From a virus: 64,000 bases of DNA. This document shows, piece by piece, positions 28,620 through 38,700 of the stretch. A program made the translations under genes and the position numbers. Positions within the stretch are counted from its first letter, which is position 1; every line of letters begins with the position of its first letter. A model generated the notes under the pieces. That model was not told the origin of the DNA and searched no databases. It worked only from the letters and a program-made list of their open reading frames with translations. The DNA is taken from the IMG/VR virus record IMGVR_UViG_3300042566_002057, positions 64,001 to 128,000 of that record; one strand, written 5' to 3'.

Positions 28620-29942
28620 ATGAAAATATTCAACTACATAGAATTCCTAAACGAAAGTGTTTCACTTAATAAAATTCCTACTTATGAGGAATCAGTTGAA
28701 ATGTGCTCTGGAGAAGATGCTACATTTTATGAGTCAAAATATGAAGTTGAAGGATTCCCAGTTTCTGTTTTTAACTATCGTTTAGCTCAATACAAAGACT
28801 TTGATATGCCTGTTCCATCAAAACCAGAATTAAAAGGTTTTGAGATGCGAGGTCTTACTTTTGTATTCAATAAAGATGGTTCTCTTTATAACAGATATGT
28901 ACTACTTGAAAAGTTCTTTAACTTGAATCAAGTTCCTAACTCTATGTATTCTGTTGTTAAAGATTACAAAATCAGATATGTAAATAATAAAGAAGATGGT
29001 TCAATTGCTACTTTTGTGAAATTACCAAACGGTAAAGTAGTTGGTAAATCTAAAATGGGGTTTGATAACGATCAAGCGAATGGTATTAATAAGATATACA
29101 AAACTAATCCAGATGTTAAGTCATTTGTTGATTGGTCACTAAATAATAATATTGTTCCTATATTTGAGTATGTTGCTCCACATAATAGAATCGTTCTTAG
29201 GTATTTAGAAGAAGAGCTTATTCTTTTAAGACTTAGAGATAATAAGACTGGTAGACATATTGATATAAAAGAACATTTAGATAAGATTGGTTCTATCAAA
29301 ATTTCTCCGTTTGAGGATGATAATACTTTAGATGATTTGATTGAAAAGTCAAAATCAGAAGTAGATAAAGAAGGATGGATTGTTCAGTTTGATAATGACC
29401 ATATGGTTAAAATTAAAACTGATTGGTATTTCCAAAGACACGGTTTACTTACAAATGATATTTACAGAGAACATGTTATCATTGGTTATATCTTAGATGA
29501 TTTGATAGATGATGTTATTGCTCAAGTTCCAGAAGATGAAAAAGAAGCACACGAAAGAATTAATAAAATAATCTCAATCGTTAAAAAGGATTTAAGAGAT
29601 AAGGTTGATGAAATTAATAAAGCTTATAAAGAATTTGTTAATTCTGGTATGAGTAAAAGAGATTATGCTATAAATCATAGAGTTGGTAATCCTAACTTTG
29701 CTTTTGTTATGAATATGGACAAAGCAGAACAATTAAAGAAAATGTCTAAAGAAGAGATATTGGATATCTATGATGATATGGAATCCTATGAGTCCTCATT
29801 AAAAAGATGTGAACCATTTGAGATGGCTAAAGAATTTATTAGAAACCAAACTAAGAGATTAGAAATTGCTAGAGAATGGTTAGAATCAAAAGATTCTACT
29901 CTATTTTTTAGAGACCCTGAAGAATCTGAAGATGATAATTAA
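28620..29942 (+). CDS. RNA ligase, T4 Rnl1-like, with N-terminal tag
   Basis: EMRGLTF, KFFNLNQ, KEDGS (motif I), FEY..P.NRIV, EGWIV, KIKT.WY; starts MKIFNYIEFLNES; class C promoter. Confidence 0.85.
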   Translation: MKIFNYIEFLNESVSLNKIPTYEESVEMCSGEDATFYESKYEVEGFPVSVFNYRLAQYKDFDMPVPSKPELKGFEMRGLTFVFNKDGSLYNRYVLLEKFFNLNQVPNSMYSVVKDYKIRYVNNKEDGSIATFVKLPNGKVVGKSKMGFDNDQANGINKIYKTNPDVKSFVDWSLNNNIVPIFEYVAPHNRIVLRYLEEELILLRLRDNKTGRHIDIKEHLDKIGSIKISPFEDDNTLDDLIEKSKSEVDKEGWIVQFDNDHMVKIKTDWYFQRHGLLTNDIYREHVIIGYILDDLIDDVIAQVPEDEKEAHERINKIISIVKKDLRDKVDEINKAYKEFVNSGMSKRDYAINHRVGNPNFAFVMNMDKAEQLKKMSKEEILDIYDDMESYESSLKRCEPFEMAKEFIRNQTKRLEIAREWLESKDSTLFFRDPEESEDDN

Positions 29943-29967
29943 AGAGAGTTTTTAACTCTCTTTTTTT
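29941..29967 (+). terminator. Intrinsic terminator
   Basis: AAAGAGAGTT-TTT-AACTCTCTTT followed by a T-run. Confidence 0.75.
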
Positions 29968-29978
29968 ATATATAGTAA

Positions 29979-30776
29979 GTGAAATATCTAAAGTCTTATA
30001 AAATATTTGAGAGTTACAATACATTCGGAACTAAATCTATAACTGAAAAAGAGTTTGATCAGATTAGAAAAGAGAATTGTAAAAACTGGACTAAAGCTGA
30101 AACTGAAATATTCAGAGGTATGCCAAATTTAGGTGATTATTTGTTAGTAGATCCACTAAAGGGTGACTTTAGAAGTTCAATTGAAGATACTAACATTCAT
30201 TTAGACCTATTATCAAATCTACCAAGTTGGAAAGATTATCCTAAATATGAAAGATGTATTATAGGTGGAACTCGTGGATCAGCGACTGGTACTTATGGAG
30301 AAGCTGTCTATGAAATGATACCTTTTGATAATACAAAAATTGCGGTTTGTCCAGAATCAACTATTTGGGAATCATTTGGTAATGATTATGACAGATGGGG
30401 AGGTGACATCTATTTAGTTGAACATTTTTTAGACTCAATTGACTTAGATACAAGTTGGAATCAGATTGGTGGTGGAACTATTGAGACTAAATTAAAATCT
30501 TTAGGTAATAGTTTTCACGGAAGTAAAATTTCAGAAATACCTAATAAAGATCAAGAATCAGTAGATAATTTTTTAATGAGACATGCTGAATTTAGTTGGA
30601 AAAGACCAAATGAAATTACTGGTGAAGATTGTTTTAATTTTATAAACAACAGTCTTTTTAATCCAAAAGTTAGAGGTTTTCAATTATTAAACTATGACCA
30701 AAACTTCAGTACAGAAAAAGGTAAACAAGTGTGGACAGAAGGTCCGGTATTACTTATCAAATCACATTTAGTTTAG
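29979..30776 (+). CDS. Hypothetical protein with N-terminal tag
   Basis: Starts MKYLKSYKIFES (GTG start); class C promoter. Confidence 0.6.
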   Translation: MKYLKSYKIFESYNTFGTKSITEKEFDQIRKENCKNWTKAETEIFRGMPNLGDYLLVDPLKGDFRSSIEDTNIHLDLLSNLPSWKDYPKYERCIIGGTRGSATGTYGEAVYEMIPFDNTKIAVCPESTIWESFGNDYDRWGGDIYLVEHFLDSIDLDTSWNQIGGGTIETKLKSLGNSFHGSKISEIPNKDQESVDNFLMRHAEFSWKRPNEITGEDCFNFINNSLFNPKVRGFQLLNYDQNFSTEKGKQVWTEGPVLLIKSHLV

Positions 30777-31057
30777 AAACTCTTGAAATCTTTTACACCA
30801 CCGATGTTTTGTAAAATTGGTGCTGTGTTTTTTATACCAGTAACTGGTCTTACTGTCTGAACTTTATCTACATTTATAACTGAATTCATTTCATCGGGAT
30901 ATTCTGTAAAGTAATCAATAAGAAATTGCTCATTTTCCTCTTCTGATTTTTCATCATCCCACATACTACGAAGTTGAGTTTTATTTAACTCAACATAATC
31001 TCTCACCTTTTTATTTAAATCAGGATTCCATTCAGACCATTCTTTTATGAACTTCAT
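30773..31057 (-). CDS. Small late hypothetical protein (weak N-terminal tag)
   Basis: Starts MKFIKEWSEW; class C promoter. Confidence 0.5.
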   Translation of the reverse strand: MKFIKEWSEWNPDLNKKVRDYVELNKTQLRSMWDDEKSEEENEQFLIDYFTEYPDEMNSVINVDKVQTVRPVTGIKNTAPILQNIGGVKDFKSF

Positions 31058-31067
31058 TAATTATATA

Positions 31068-31298
31068 TTAATTACCTAATATCGATTTAATCTTTGAGTC
31101 TCTTATCTCTTGAACTACTAATTCTTTTAGAAATCTATATGAAGACCTTTTACCCGACTTATGATTGTAGTAAATTTTTATATGATTTCTATCATCTATA
31201 TAACCACCGTATTCGCAATATAATGGAACAAAACCTTTTGTTCTCATATTATTAAAATACCAACAAATACTTTCATCATTAATCATACTATTATACAA
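31068..31298 (-). CDS. Small hypothetical protein with C-terminal tag
   Basis: Ends IRDSKIKSILGN. Confidence 0.6.
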   Translation of the reverse strand: MYNSMINDESICWYFNNMRTKGFVPLYCEYGGYIDDRNHIKIYYNHKSGKRSSYRFLKELVVQEIRDSKIKSILGN

Positions 31299-31352
31299 TA
31301 TTATTTTATTTTGTTAAACTTTTTTGGCATAAGAAAATATAAAATTAAGAAA

Positions 31353-31376
31353 GTCAGAAAAACTGACAATTTGTCA
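31353..31376. promoter_or_regulatory. Overlapping inverted repeats upstream of dnaK (candidate operator)
   Basis: GTCAG-N5-CTGAC overlapping TGACA-ATT-TGTCA, between two class B promoters. Confidence 0.4.
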
Positions 31377-31432
31377 TAAAATAAACTTTGGCAAATAAAT
31401 TGATATAATCATTACTAAAAAATTAAAAATTT

Positions 31433-33319
31433 ATGAGTAAAAAAGATGTAATAATCGGAATTGACTTAGGAACAACAAACTCCTGTGTCGCAGTCGTAGA
31501 GGGCGGTGAGCCAATCGTAATCACAAATGCTGAAGGTAAAAGAACAACACCATCTGTTGTAGGTTTTACCGACAAAGATCGAAAAATCGGAGATCCTGCT
31601 AAGCGTCAAGCAGTTACTAATCCAAAGAAAACAGTTTATTCAATTAAACGATTCATTGGTAAAGATTTTTCAGTATGTAAAGATGAGGTAGGTAGAGTAC
31701 CTTATGAAGTTACAAACGCTGGTGGTAATGTACCAGGTGTGAAAATTGACGATCGTGTTTATACACCTCAAGAAGTTTCAGCAATGATTTTGCAAAAAAT
31801 GAAAAAGACAGCAGAAGATTATCTTGGTCACGAAGTGAATAGAGCAGTAATCACAGTACCAGCTTACTTCGGTGATGCTGAAAGAACTGCAACTATTGAA
31901 GCTGGTGAAATCGCTGGTCTTAAAGTTGAAAGAATTATCAATGAACCTACAGCAGCCGCTTTAGCTTATGGTCTTGATAAGAAAAATACAGATGCTAAAA
32001 TCTTAGTATTTGACTGTGGTGGTGGTACTCATGACGTATCTGTACTCGAAATCGGTGACGGTGTATTTGAAGTAAAATCTACTGATGGTGATACTCACTT
32101 AGGTGGTGACGACTTTGATAACGCAATCATCAACTGGATGGTTGAAGAATTTAAGAGTGAGCACAATATGGATTTATCAAAAGATCCTATGGCTTTACAA
32201 CGTCTTAAAGAGGCGGCTGAAAAAGCTAAAATTGAACTTTCTTCAACATCACAAAGTGAAATTAATCTTCCGTATATCACAGCTCAGGATGGAATGCCAC
32301 TTCACTTTGTTAAACAATTGACTCGTTCTAAATTCGACCAAATGACAGCCAAATTGGTTGAAAGAACTATCGGTTGTGCTAAAAGTGCTCTTAAGTCAGC
32401 TGGACTTAAACCGTCTGAGATTGACGAAGTAATTCTTGTTGGTGGCTCAACTCGTATTCCAGCAGTTCAAGAAGCACTTGAATCTTACATTGGAAAGAAA
32501 CCAAACAAATCTGTTAATCCAGATGAAGTGGTTGCTTTAGGAGCGGCTATTCAAGGAGCTGTTCTTACTGGAGGAATCACTGATGTTCTTCTTTTAGATG
32601 TAACTCCACTTTCATTGGGTATTGAAACTATGGGAAGTGTAATGACAAAATTGATTGAAGCTAACACAACAATTCCGACCCGTAAGTCTGAAACGTTCTC
32701 TACAGCGGCTGACAATCAATCATCTGTAGAAATTCATGTTCTACAAGGTGAGCGTCCTATGGCAAAAGATAACCGTTCTTTGGGTCGTTTCCACTTAGAT
32801 GGAATCATGCCAGCACCGAGAGGAATTCCTCAAATCGAAGTAACATTTGATATTGATGCAAATGGAATTCTTTCTGTATCTGCAAAAGATAAGGCTTCTG
32901 GTAAAGAGAATACAATTCGTATTGAAGGTGGTTCTCAATTGACTAAAGAAGAAATCGAAAGAATGAAAGCAGAAGCTGAGGCAAATGCTGAAGCTGACAA
33001 ACTTGAAAAAGAAAAAGTTGACAAACTGAATATGGCTGATAGTTTGATTTTCCAAACGGAAAAACAAATGAAAGAATTCGGTGAGAAGTTAACTGAAGAA
33101 GATAAGTCAGCAATTAATGTGGACTTAGACGCACTCAAAAAAGCTCACTCTGATAAAGATGTTGAATCTATTGAGGAAACTTCTAAAAAGTTGAATGAGA
33201 CTTGGTCTACAATCTCAACCAGATTGTATCAAGAGTCTTCTCAACCAGAACCAACAAATGAGGATAACTCTAATCCGAATGATGAGGTTCAAGACGCAGA
33301 CTTTGAAGAAGTAAAGTAA
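31433..33319 (+). CDS. dnaK: Chaperone DnaK (Hsp70)
   Basis: [38 protein letters not shown]-terminal DADFEEVK. Confidence 0.98.
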   Translation: MSKKDVIIGIDLGTTNSCVAVVEGGEPIVITNAEGKRTTPSVVGFTDKDRKIGDPAKRQAVTNPKKTVYSIKRFIGKDFSVCKDEVGRVPYEVTNAGGNVPGVKIDDRVYTPQEVSAMILQKMKKTAEDYLGHEVNRAVITVPAYFGDAERTATIEAGEIAGLKVERIINEPTAAALAYGLDKKNTDAKILVFDCGGGTHDVSVLEIGDGVFEVKSTDGDTHLGGDDFDNAIINWMVEEFKSEHNMDLSKDPMALQRLKEAAEKAKIELSSTSQSEINLPYITAQDGMPLHFVKQLTRSKFDQMTAKLVERTIGCAKSALKSAGLKPSEIDEVILVGGSTRIPAVQEALESYIGKKPNKSVNPDEVVALGAAIQGAVLTGGITDVLLLDVTPLSLGIETMGSVMTKLIEANTTIPTRKSETFSTAADNQSSVEIHVLQGERPMAKDNRSLGRFHLDGIMPAPRGIPQIEVTFDIDANGILSVSAKDKASGKENTIRIEGGSQLTKEEIERMKAEAEANAEADKLEKEKVDKLNMADSLIFQTEKQMKEFGEKLTEEDKSAINVDLDALKKAHSDKDVESIEETSKKLNETWSTISTRLYQESSQPEPTNEDNSNPNDEVQDADFEEVK

Positions 33320-33331
33320 TATCTACTTTTA

Positions 33332-33417
33332 GGTCGTAAGTCAGGAGAAGGAACGGAGCAGAAACCTCTTAGAAATAAGGTAAGGAAACGAAAGCAAAAG
33401 AGCCTGATGTTTTGACC
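33332..33417 (+). ncRNA. Candidate structured RNA in the dnaK 3' region
   Basis: Closing stems GGTC/GACC and TCAGG/CCTGA enclose a purine-rich core with a CTTA-GAAA-TAAG tetraloop hairpin. Confidence 0.4.
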
Positions 33418-33445
33418 CCGTTCAAGTTAAAGATATGAAAAACTA

Positions 33446-33475
33446 AAAAACCCAGTCAATATTGACTGGGTTTTT
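33446..33475. terminator. Bidirectional terminator
   Basis: Perfect palindrome AAAAACCCAGTCAAT-ATTGACTGGGTTTTT between convergent genes. Confidence 0.85.
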
Positions 33476-33478
33476 CTT

Positions 33479-34714
33479 TTATAGTGAGTCGTAGTCTCCG
33501 CATGTACTTCTACATTCTCTGTCTAATCCAGAGTAATCAGAATCGTTTGTAATAACATTTTCATCTAAATTTAAGTAACTCATAGTATCCATATAAGGAT
33601 AGTAATCCCAATCAACATCATCAGCGTGTACAACAATTCGACCTAATTTTCTATTTGTTCCATCTGTAATCTGTTCCCATTGTTCCATAGATTGAGAAGT
33701 TTTATACCACCATCCATTTTTCTCAGCAAATTGCTTAAACAGTTCTACATCAGAATCGTGTGTGGTGTAGATTCTATCCATAAATTTAATAGGACTTCCC
33801 TCAAACTCAGCATCCCATAGAATTGCTCTACCTCTAATTTTGTCTGAAACATATTTATCACCAGTGATTGTGCCATTTTCTGAATAAAGAATGACCATAG
33901 ATACTTGTTTATTGTTACAATAAATGTCAAAGTAAGATGAATTGACACTTGCCATACAAGAATTATTAAGAGTACCACCACCACTTTGATAATTATCTTC
34001 ATCATACCAATTTGAAATATCATCACCTTTAACAACATCAAATTGTTTAAGAGCATCTTTAGCAAAATCGTAAGTTGCTTTATATTGATTAGTAAAATCT
34101 TCGATATCTTTGTCAGTGAATGCCACATTAGCACTTCTAAGTAAAGCTCTCACAAGTCTACCAATTTTCATATTGTTTCTTGAAGTTGACCAAACAGCTT
34201 TTATTTCTGGATCATTTACTTCTAAACAACTTTTATTTAATACAGTTAGTCTTGGATTTTCAACATCATACTCTTGAAATAGTACAAAAGTTTTTCCAGA
34301 AACTGAACTTATTGTTTCAGATAAAATAGTACCAAATATTCCAATATCAGGTGCCCAATTTGGTCTACCTTCTTTATTATAACCAAGTGCTTCAAATATT
34401 TTATTATTTTTATCACTATGAGTTAGATACTTACCTGATTCAACAACCATCCAAGTTTCTGGTTTACCAGCGTAAAGCTCTTGAGCTTTTCTATCTGGTG
34501 TAAAACTAACAGCATCTTTCTCATCCGTTATGTCAATAAAGTTATATTGTACTGGATAATCCTTTGAGTTTATTTTAATTAGTTCTGATGAAATCTTGTT
34601 ACTATTAAACTTATTAATTAAGTTTATAAACTTTGATGAGAATACTACTTTAGATTCAAGTAGTAAATCATATATTTGGTTTTCTAATAAAAATTCGTTA
34701 TATCTATTAATCAT
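33479..34714 (-). CDS. Hypothetical phage protein with N-terminal tag
   Basis: Starts MINRYNEFLLEN; contains NSCM, GRAILW, FMDRIY and YPYMDT motifs; class C promoter. Confidence 0.55.
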   Translation of the reverse strand: MINRYNEFLLENQIYDLLLESKVVFSSKFINLINKFNSNKISSELIKINSKDYPVQYNFIDITDEKDAVSFTPDRKAQELYAGKPETWMVVESGKYLTHSDKNNKIFEALGYNKEGRPNWAPDIGIFGTILSETISSVSGKTFVLFQEYDVENPRLTVLNKSCLEVNDPEIKAVWSTSRNNMKIGRLVRALLRSANVAFTDKDIEDFTNQYKATYDFAKDALKQFDVVKGDDISNWYDEDNYQSGGGTLNNSCMASVNSSYFDIYCNNKQVSMVILYSENGTITGDKYVSDKIRGRAILWDAEFEGSPIKFMDRIYTTHDSDVELFKQFAEKNGWWYKTSQSMEQWEQITDGTNRKLGRIVVHADDVDWDYYPYMDTMSYLNLDENVITNDSDYSGLDRECRSTCGDYDSL

Positions 34715-34804
34715 AAAAAAATTATTTGTCTTAAAACTATATATTAATTAAGAATTTTCAATATTCAATTTTTTAACCAAAAATGTAAAATTATATATAC
34801 CTAT

Positions 34805-35059
34805 GTGGAAGTTATTTTAGGAAAAATAATAAAGAAGAAAACTATCAAAATAATCAAAACTATTGGTATTGATATTTTTGAGATTGTCATTAAAATGCCA
34901 ATAAGTTTTATTGTATTTGACTCTATTGAATATGTAGAATCAACAGGTAAGATAATTCTTCACTATTGGGAAGAAGACTATGATATGAATTGTGATTTTG
35001 ATGATTTAGAAAATGAAGATAAATTAAAAATCTATGAGATACTTTCTAAGTTCTTATAA
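34805..35059 (+). CDS. Small hypothetical protein
   Basis: 84 aa ORF; start uncertain. Confidence 0.4.
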   Translation: MEVILGKIIKKKTIKIIKTIGIDIFEIVIKMPISFIVFDSIEYVESTGKIILHYWEEDYDMNCDFDDLENEDKLKIYEILSKFL

Positions 35060-36085
35060 ACTATTTAACATATCAATCAACTCTTTCTGTGGAAAGATGT
35101 CAAATTTATCTTTTCTAACTTGAGTATGGCTTCTTAGACCACCTAAACTAAACCACTTTTCATCATAGTTAAACCAGTCTTCATTATAAATTCCTTTTTC
35201 AATTTCAATTCCCCAACGGTTCTGTAAATAAGTAATTAGTTTAGATAAAGAGTCTAATTGTTTATCTGTATATTTTTCCCAATATTTATAACCTCTAAAT
35301 GAATTAGAAAGTTCTACAACATCTTTTTCTGAGATTGTTTTATTAACATAGTTTAGAAATCTACCATCTCTACTCATCGTAAGAGGTCCATAGTTACAAA
35401 GTTCAATTGAAATTGATTTTGAGTTTAACTCTTCACTATTTTTGTGATTTACTCCTAAATGATAACCCCAGTATCTATCATCTATAGCTCTTAATATTCT
35501 ACCATCCCATAAAACTTCATTTGTTGAAGAAGATTTTCTTCCAATTACATAATGAGTACCTACTCTTAATGGTTTAGGAACACCATTGGAATCTAAAACC
35601 GAATTTCCGTTAGAATCTTTTACATAATCTTTTTCCCAACCACCTATTGTCCAATCTGGTCTTGAACCACCAGCTGTATGATGTAACCAAATTGTATTTT
35701 TCTTTGTTTGTTTTTTAATGAACTCTTCTTCTTTTAATAAACAATCGTTAATAACTAAACCATTGTCTCCGATATATGACACATCAAATGGAATATCTTT
35801 TACCGTAATAGGAACTTTATTCAATGATTCCATTTTAGAATTTTCAAGTTGAAGAGGTGTTGGATTTGGATTGTGATGTAAAATATGACTCCAAGTTTGT
35901 GGACCAACAACTCCATCAGGTCTTAAATCAACTCTTCTCTGAAAATTAGTAACTGCTAAAAGTGTATTTTGTCCAAAATATCCGTCAATTCTATCTTTAA
36001 ATAAACCAAAATCTTTTAATTTGTTTTGTACAAATCTAACGTCATCTCCTGACATTCTTAACATTATAATTCTCTGCAGTTTCAT
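35054..36085 (-). CDS. N-acetylmuramoyl-L-alanine amidase with N-terminal peptidoglycan-binding domain (endolysin-like)
   Basis: PG_binding DGYFGQNT..AV..FQ...DGVVGPQTW; amidase_2 LHHTAG, SIELCN, HT.VRKDKFD. Confidence 0.85.
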   Translation of the reverse strand: MKLQRIIMLRMSGDDVRFVQNKLKDFGLFKDRIDGYFGQNTLLAVTNFQRRVDLRPDGVVGPQTWSHILHHNPNPTPLQLENSKMESLNKVPITVKDIPFDVSYIGDNGLVINDCLLKEEEFIKKQTKKNTIWLHHTAGGSRPDWTIGGWEKDYVKDSNGNSVLDSNGVPKPLRVGTHYVIGRKSSSTNEVLWDGRILRAIDDRYWGYHLGVNHKNSEELNSKSISIELCNYGPLTMSRDGRFLNYVNKTISEKDVVELSNSFRGYKYWEKYTDKQLDSLSKLITYLQNRWGIEIEKGIYNEDWFNYDEKWFSLGGLRSHTQVRKDKFDIFPQKELIDMLNSL

Positions 36086-36600
36086 TATGAAAAATTATTT
36101 TTATATCTTTCTTTTTGTTTCTTTTCTAAGTATGCTTTAACATCAGCATATGTCACACTACCTGGATTGGTAAACACTTTTTCCGGATCTCCTTCTGAGA
36201 CAGGCTCTAGTTTTCTAAGTTCTTCATTTTTCACTTTTTCTTCATACTTTAAATCAACATCTTTAAGTAAGAATCCAATATAGTGGTCAATTCCTTTTTC
36301 TTTTGTTAATTTTTTATCAAATGTGTAAAGAAATTCCTCAAAAGTATCTCCTGTATAAAGCGCAAATGTATCGTCTTTAATTAAGTGATCTACATAAAAC
36401 TTTACGTCACCGACATTACCCTGAGCATAAATTGTAGTTTTATATTGATTCTGATAAAAGAATGCAAACTCATCCTTTCTATTCATATCTCTTCTACCAC
36501 TTTTATCTACGGTAATAACAAGACCTAAATTTTGTCTAAAATATTTTGAAGTTTTAAAAACTTGTGCTACTTGATAAGAAGTAATTATATTGATTGCCAT
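36085..36600 (-). CDS. Hypothetical protein
   Basis: 171 aa ORF; TAATAAATA upstream. Confidence 0.5.
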   Translation of the reverse strand: MAINIITSYQVAQVFKTSKYFRQNLGLVITVDKSGRRDMNRKDEFAFFYQNQYKTTIYAQGNVGDVKFYVDHLIKDDTFALYTGDTFEEFLYTFDKKLTKEKGIDHYIGFLLKDVDLKYEEKVKNEELRKLEPVSEGDPEKVFTNPGSVTYADVKAYLEKKQKERYKNNFS

Positions 36601-36628
36601 ACATTATTTATTAAAAAAATGTACCTTC

Positions 36629-37192
36629 CTATTCAGTTTCTATCTTGAATTCTTCATCATTATCATCAAATGTTTCATCTAACTCTAACTTTAAGTCAAT
36701 AATTAAATCTTCAGAAATTTTCTTAATCTCTGTGTTTTTAGATATTTGACCCATTATCTCAAAGTTAGCAGCGATATCATACTTTTTAAATTTGATATAA
36801 CAATTTTTTATATCGTCTATTGTGAAATCTTTGTTTGGATCTTTTGGTAAAGCTTCTTTTAAGTCAATCATTATAATCATAGTGTACATAAAATCAGCAT
36901 CTTGAAATGTTACACTTAACGAATCATATAACTTAGAGTATTTAGAAATTTCAGAGTTTTCTAATCTTAAACCTAAGTCTTTAAAAGACATCTTTGACTT
37001 ATCTTTAGCGTCTTCTTTAGCTTTCTTTATTGATTTTGTTGTTTCTTCTTCTGGCTCTCTATCCGATCCTTCATACTCAAACATCTTATCAATCTTTCTT
37101 TTAAGTTGACTTAGTAAAGTAGAGATATAAGTTTCTGGAGTATCATTCAATAATTCCTCTTTGATAAACTCTGTAAATTTAATAACTTTCAT
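36629..37192 (-). CDS. Hypothetical protein with N-terminal tag
   Basis: Starts MKVIKFTEFIKEE; class C promoter. Confidence 0.6.
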   Translation of the reverse strand: MKVIKFTEFIKEELLNDTPETYISTLLSQLKRKIDKMFEYEGSDREPEEETTKSIKKAKEDAKDKSKMSFKDLGLRLENSEISKYSKLYDSLSVTFQDADFMYTMIIMIDLKEALPKDPNKDFTIDDIKNCYIKFKKYDIAANFEIMGQISKNTEIKKISEDLIIDLKLELDETFDDNDEEFKIETE

Positions 37193-37230
37193 ATTGTATA
37201 TATTAAATATTTATCCTTATATTTGTAACT

Positions 37231-38157
37231 ATGATGAAAAATATAGGGTATTGTTGCATTCCAATGGGTTGTAATGTCGGTCTTAAAAAGAAAGAACAAA
37301 TTACAGTAAACAGAGGAATGGTTCGTAAAACATTTGATGCTAAAGGATTACCTTATGTGTCTGAGTTAGTTATTGAGAATCTTAAAGATACTCTCAAAGT
37401 ATTAGACTATAATCTTAAAAATCATATCTACATCTATCGTTTGAGTTCAGACTCTTTTCCTTGGATGTCTGAGTATGAGTTTTCTGACTTACCAAACTTT
37501 AATGTAATACAAAATCTTATGACTAAAATTGGTGATAAGATTAAATCAAATGGTATTCGTTGCTCGTATCACCCAGGTCCTTTCAATGTTTTGGCAAGTG
37601 AGAACCCATCTGTTGTAGAAAAAACAATCAAAGAATTAAATAAACATGCTGAACTTATGGATATGATGGGTTTAGACCAAACTACATTCTATCCAATCAA
37701 TATTCATATCAATACTACTCAACCAACGAGAGAAGAAGCGGCTCAACGATTTGTTGATAGGTTTCCACTTCTTTCTGAGTCTTGTAAGAAAAGACTTACT
37801 CTTGAGAATGATGATTCACCAAATCAATACTCTGTAAAGATTTTACATGATTTAGTTCATACTAAGATTGGTATTCCAATTGTGTTTGACCAACATCACT
37901 TTAATTATGGTCCACAAGACCAATCAATGGAAGAGGCTTTGAAATTGGCTCACTCTACTTGGTCTACAAGAGTAATGACACATATGAGTTCGCCAAAAAC
38001 ATTAGAAGATAATTCTGGTAAACAAACCGCACATGCTGACTACATCTATGAAGAAATTAAAACATTTGGTCTTGACTTTGATACAGAGATTGAAGCGAAA
38101 GCAAAAGACCTCGCAGTTATCAGATACAGACAACAATTTAAAGTTCTCAAAGGGTGA
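37231..38157 (+). CDS. uvsE: UV-damage endonuclease (UVDE)
   Basis: GYCC, YRLSS, HPGPFNVLAS, LENDD, VFDQHH, HADY, EAKAKD. Confidence 0.92.
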   Translation: MMKNIGYCCIPMGCNVGLKKKEQITVNRGMVRKTFDAKGLPYVSELVIENLKDTLKVLDYNLKNHIYIYRLSSDSFPWMSEYEFSDLPNFNVIQNLMTKIGDKIKSNGIRCSYHPGPFNVLASENPSVVEKTIKELNKHAELMDMMGLDQTTFYPINIHINTTQPTREEAAQRFVDRFPLLSESCKKRLTLENDDSPNQYSVKILHDLVHTKIGIPIVFDQHHFNYGPQDQSMEEALKLAHSTWSTRVMTHMSSPKTLEDNSGKQTAHADYIYEEIKTFGLDFDTEIEAKAKDLAVIRYRQQFKVLKG

Positions 38158-38359
38158 TTTTGTTAGAATATTTACTGAACCTGATGGTATCTGGTCGGTT
38201 TCATTTACTGGTAAAATAATCGACTACGAATCTGGGTTAAAAGAACCTGTTTACATAGTTGAGACTTATTCATCTAATCTTAGGTTTCCGGAATCGGCGT
38301 TAAAACATAACAATCCAGATGATGAAAGAGATTGGAAACTTAAACAATTATTAAAATGA
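38033..38359 (+). CDS. Hypothetical KOW/SH3-like protein with C-terminal tag (start uncertain, overlaps uvsE)
   Basis: FSKGDFVRI; ends ERDWKLKQLLK. Confidence 0.5.
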   Translation: MLTTSMKKLKHLVLTLIQRLKRKQKTSQLSDTDNNLKFSKGDFVRIFTEPDGIWSVSFTGKIIDYESGLKEPVYIVETYSSNLRFPESALKHNNPDDERDWKLKQLLK

Positions 38360-38673
38360 TAAAAAGACTATTATCTATATTCAAGAAAAATAAAGTAGAA
38401 AATAACTATGGTTATATCAAATTTGATAAAGGTGACGAAGTTAAAGTAACTATCTACTCAGAGATACCAGAATTTTGGTATGTTGGTGAAGTATTAGATA
38501 TTAATGCTAGATATGTTATACCTTCAATTGAATCAAGTTGGCAAGTAGAATATTATGTTGTTTTTATTAATAGTATGAATGACAAAGTGACCGAATGGTT
38601 CTCAGAATCACAGTTGATGAAATACTCTTTACAAGAAGAACGTAACTCACGAATAGAACAGATATTAAACTAA
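38356..38673 (+). CDS. Hypothetical KOW/SH3-like protein with C-terminal tag
   Basis: FDKGDEVKV, WFSESQL; ends ERNSRIEQILN. Confidence 0.6.
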   Translation: MIKRLLSIFKKNKVENNYGYIKFDKGDEVKVTIYSEIPEFWYVGEVLDINARYVIPSIESSWQVEYYVVFINSMNDKVTEWFSESQLMKYSLQEERNSRIEQILN

Positions 38674-38700
38674 AAAAGAGAGTCATTGACTCTCTTTTTT
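38672..38700. terminator. Bidirectional terminator
   Basis: AAAAAAGAGAGTCA-T-TGACTCTCTTTTTT between convergent genes. Confidence 0.85.

Noticed and set aside
33340-33365. SRP RNA-like words (TCAGG...GAAG...AGCAG)
   Set aside because: The helix-8 stem around the tetraloop cannot be formed; kept only as a generic ncRNA candidate.
36085-36600. Possible further capsid-like segment (GNVGDVKFYVD)
   Set aside because: Too short and generic to support, and the ORF has no C-terminal tag.
38130-38160. Programmed frameshift joining uvsE to the overlapping C-tagged ORF (TTTAAAG, AAAGGGT)
   Set aside because: The downstream ORF is in the +1 frame and the heptamers are not phased for canonical -1 slippage; upstream ATGs (38033, 38048) can explain it.
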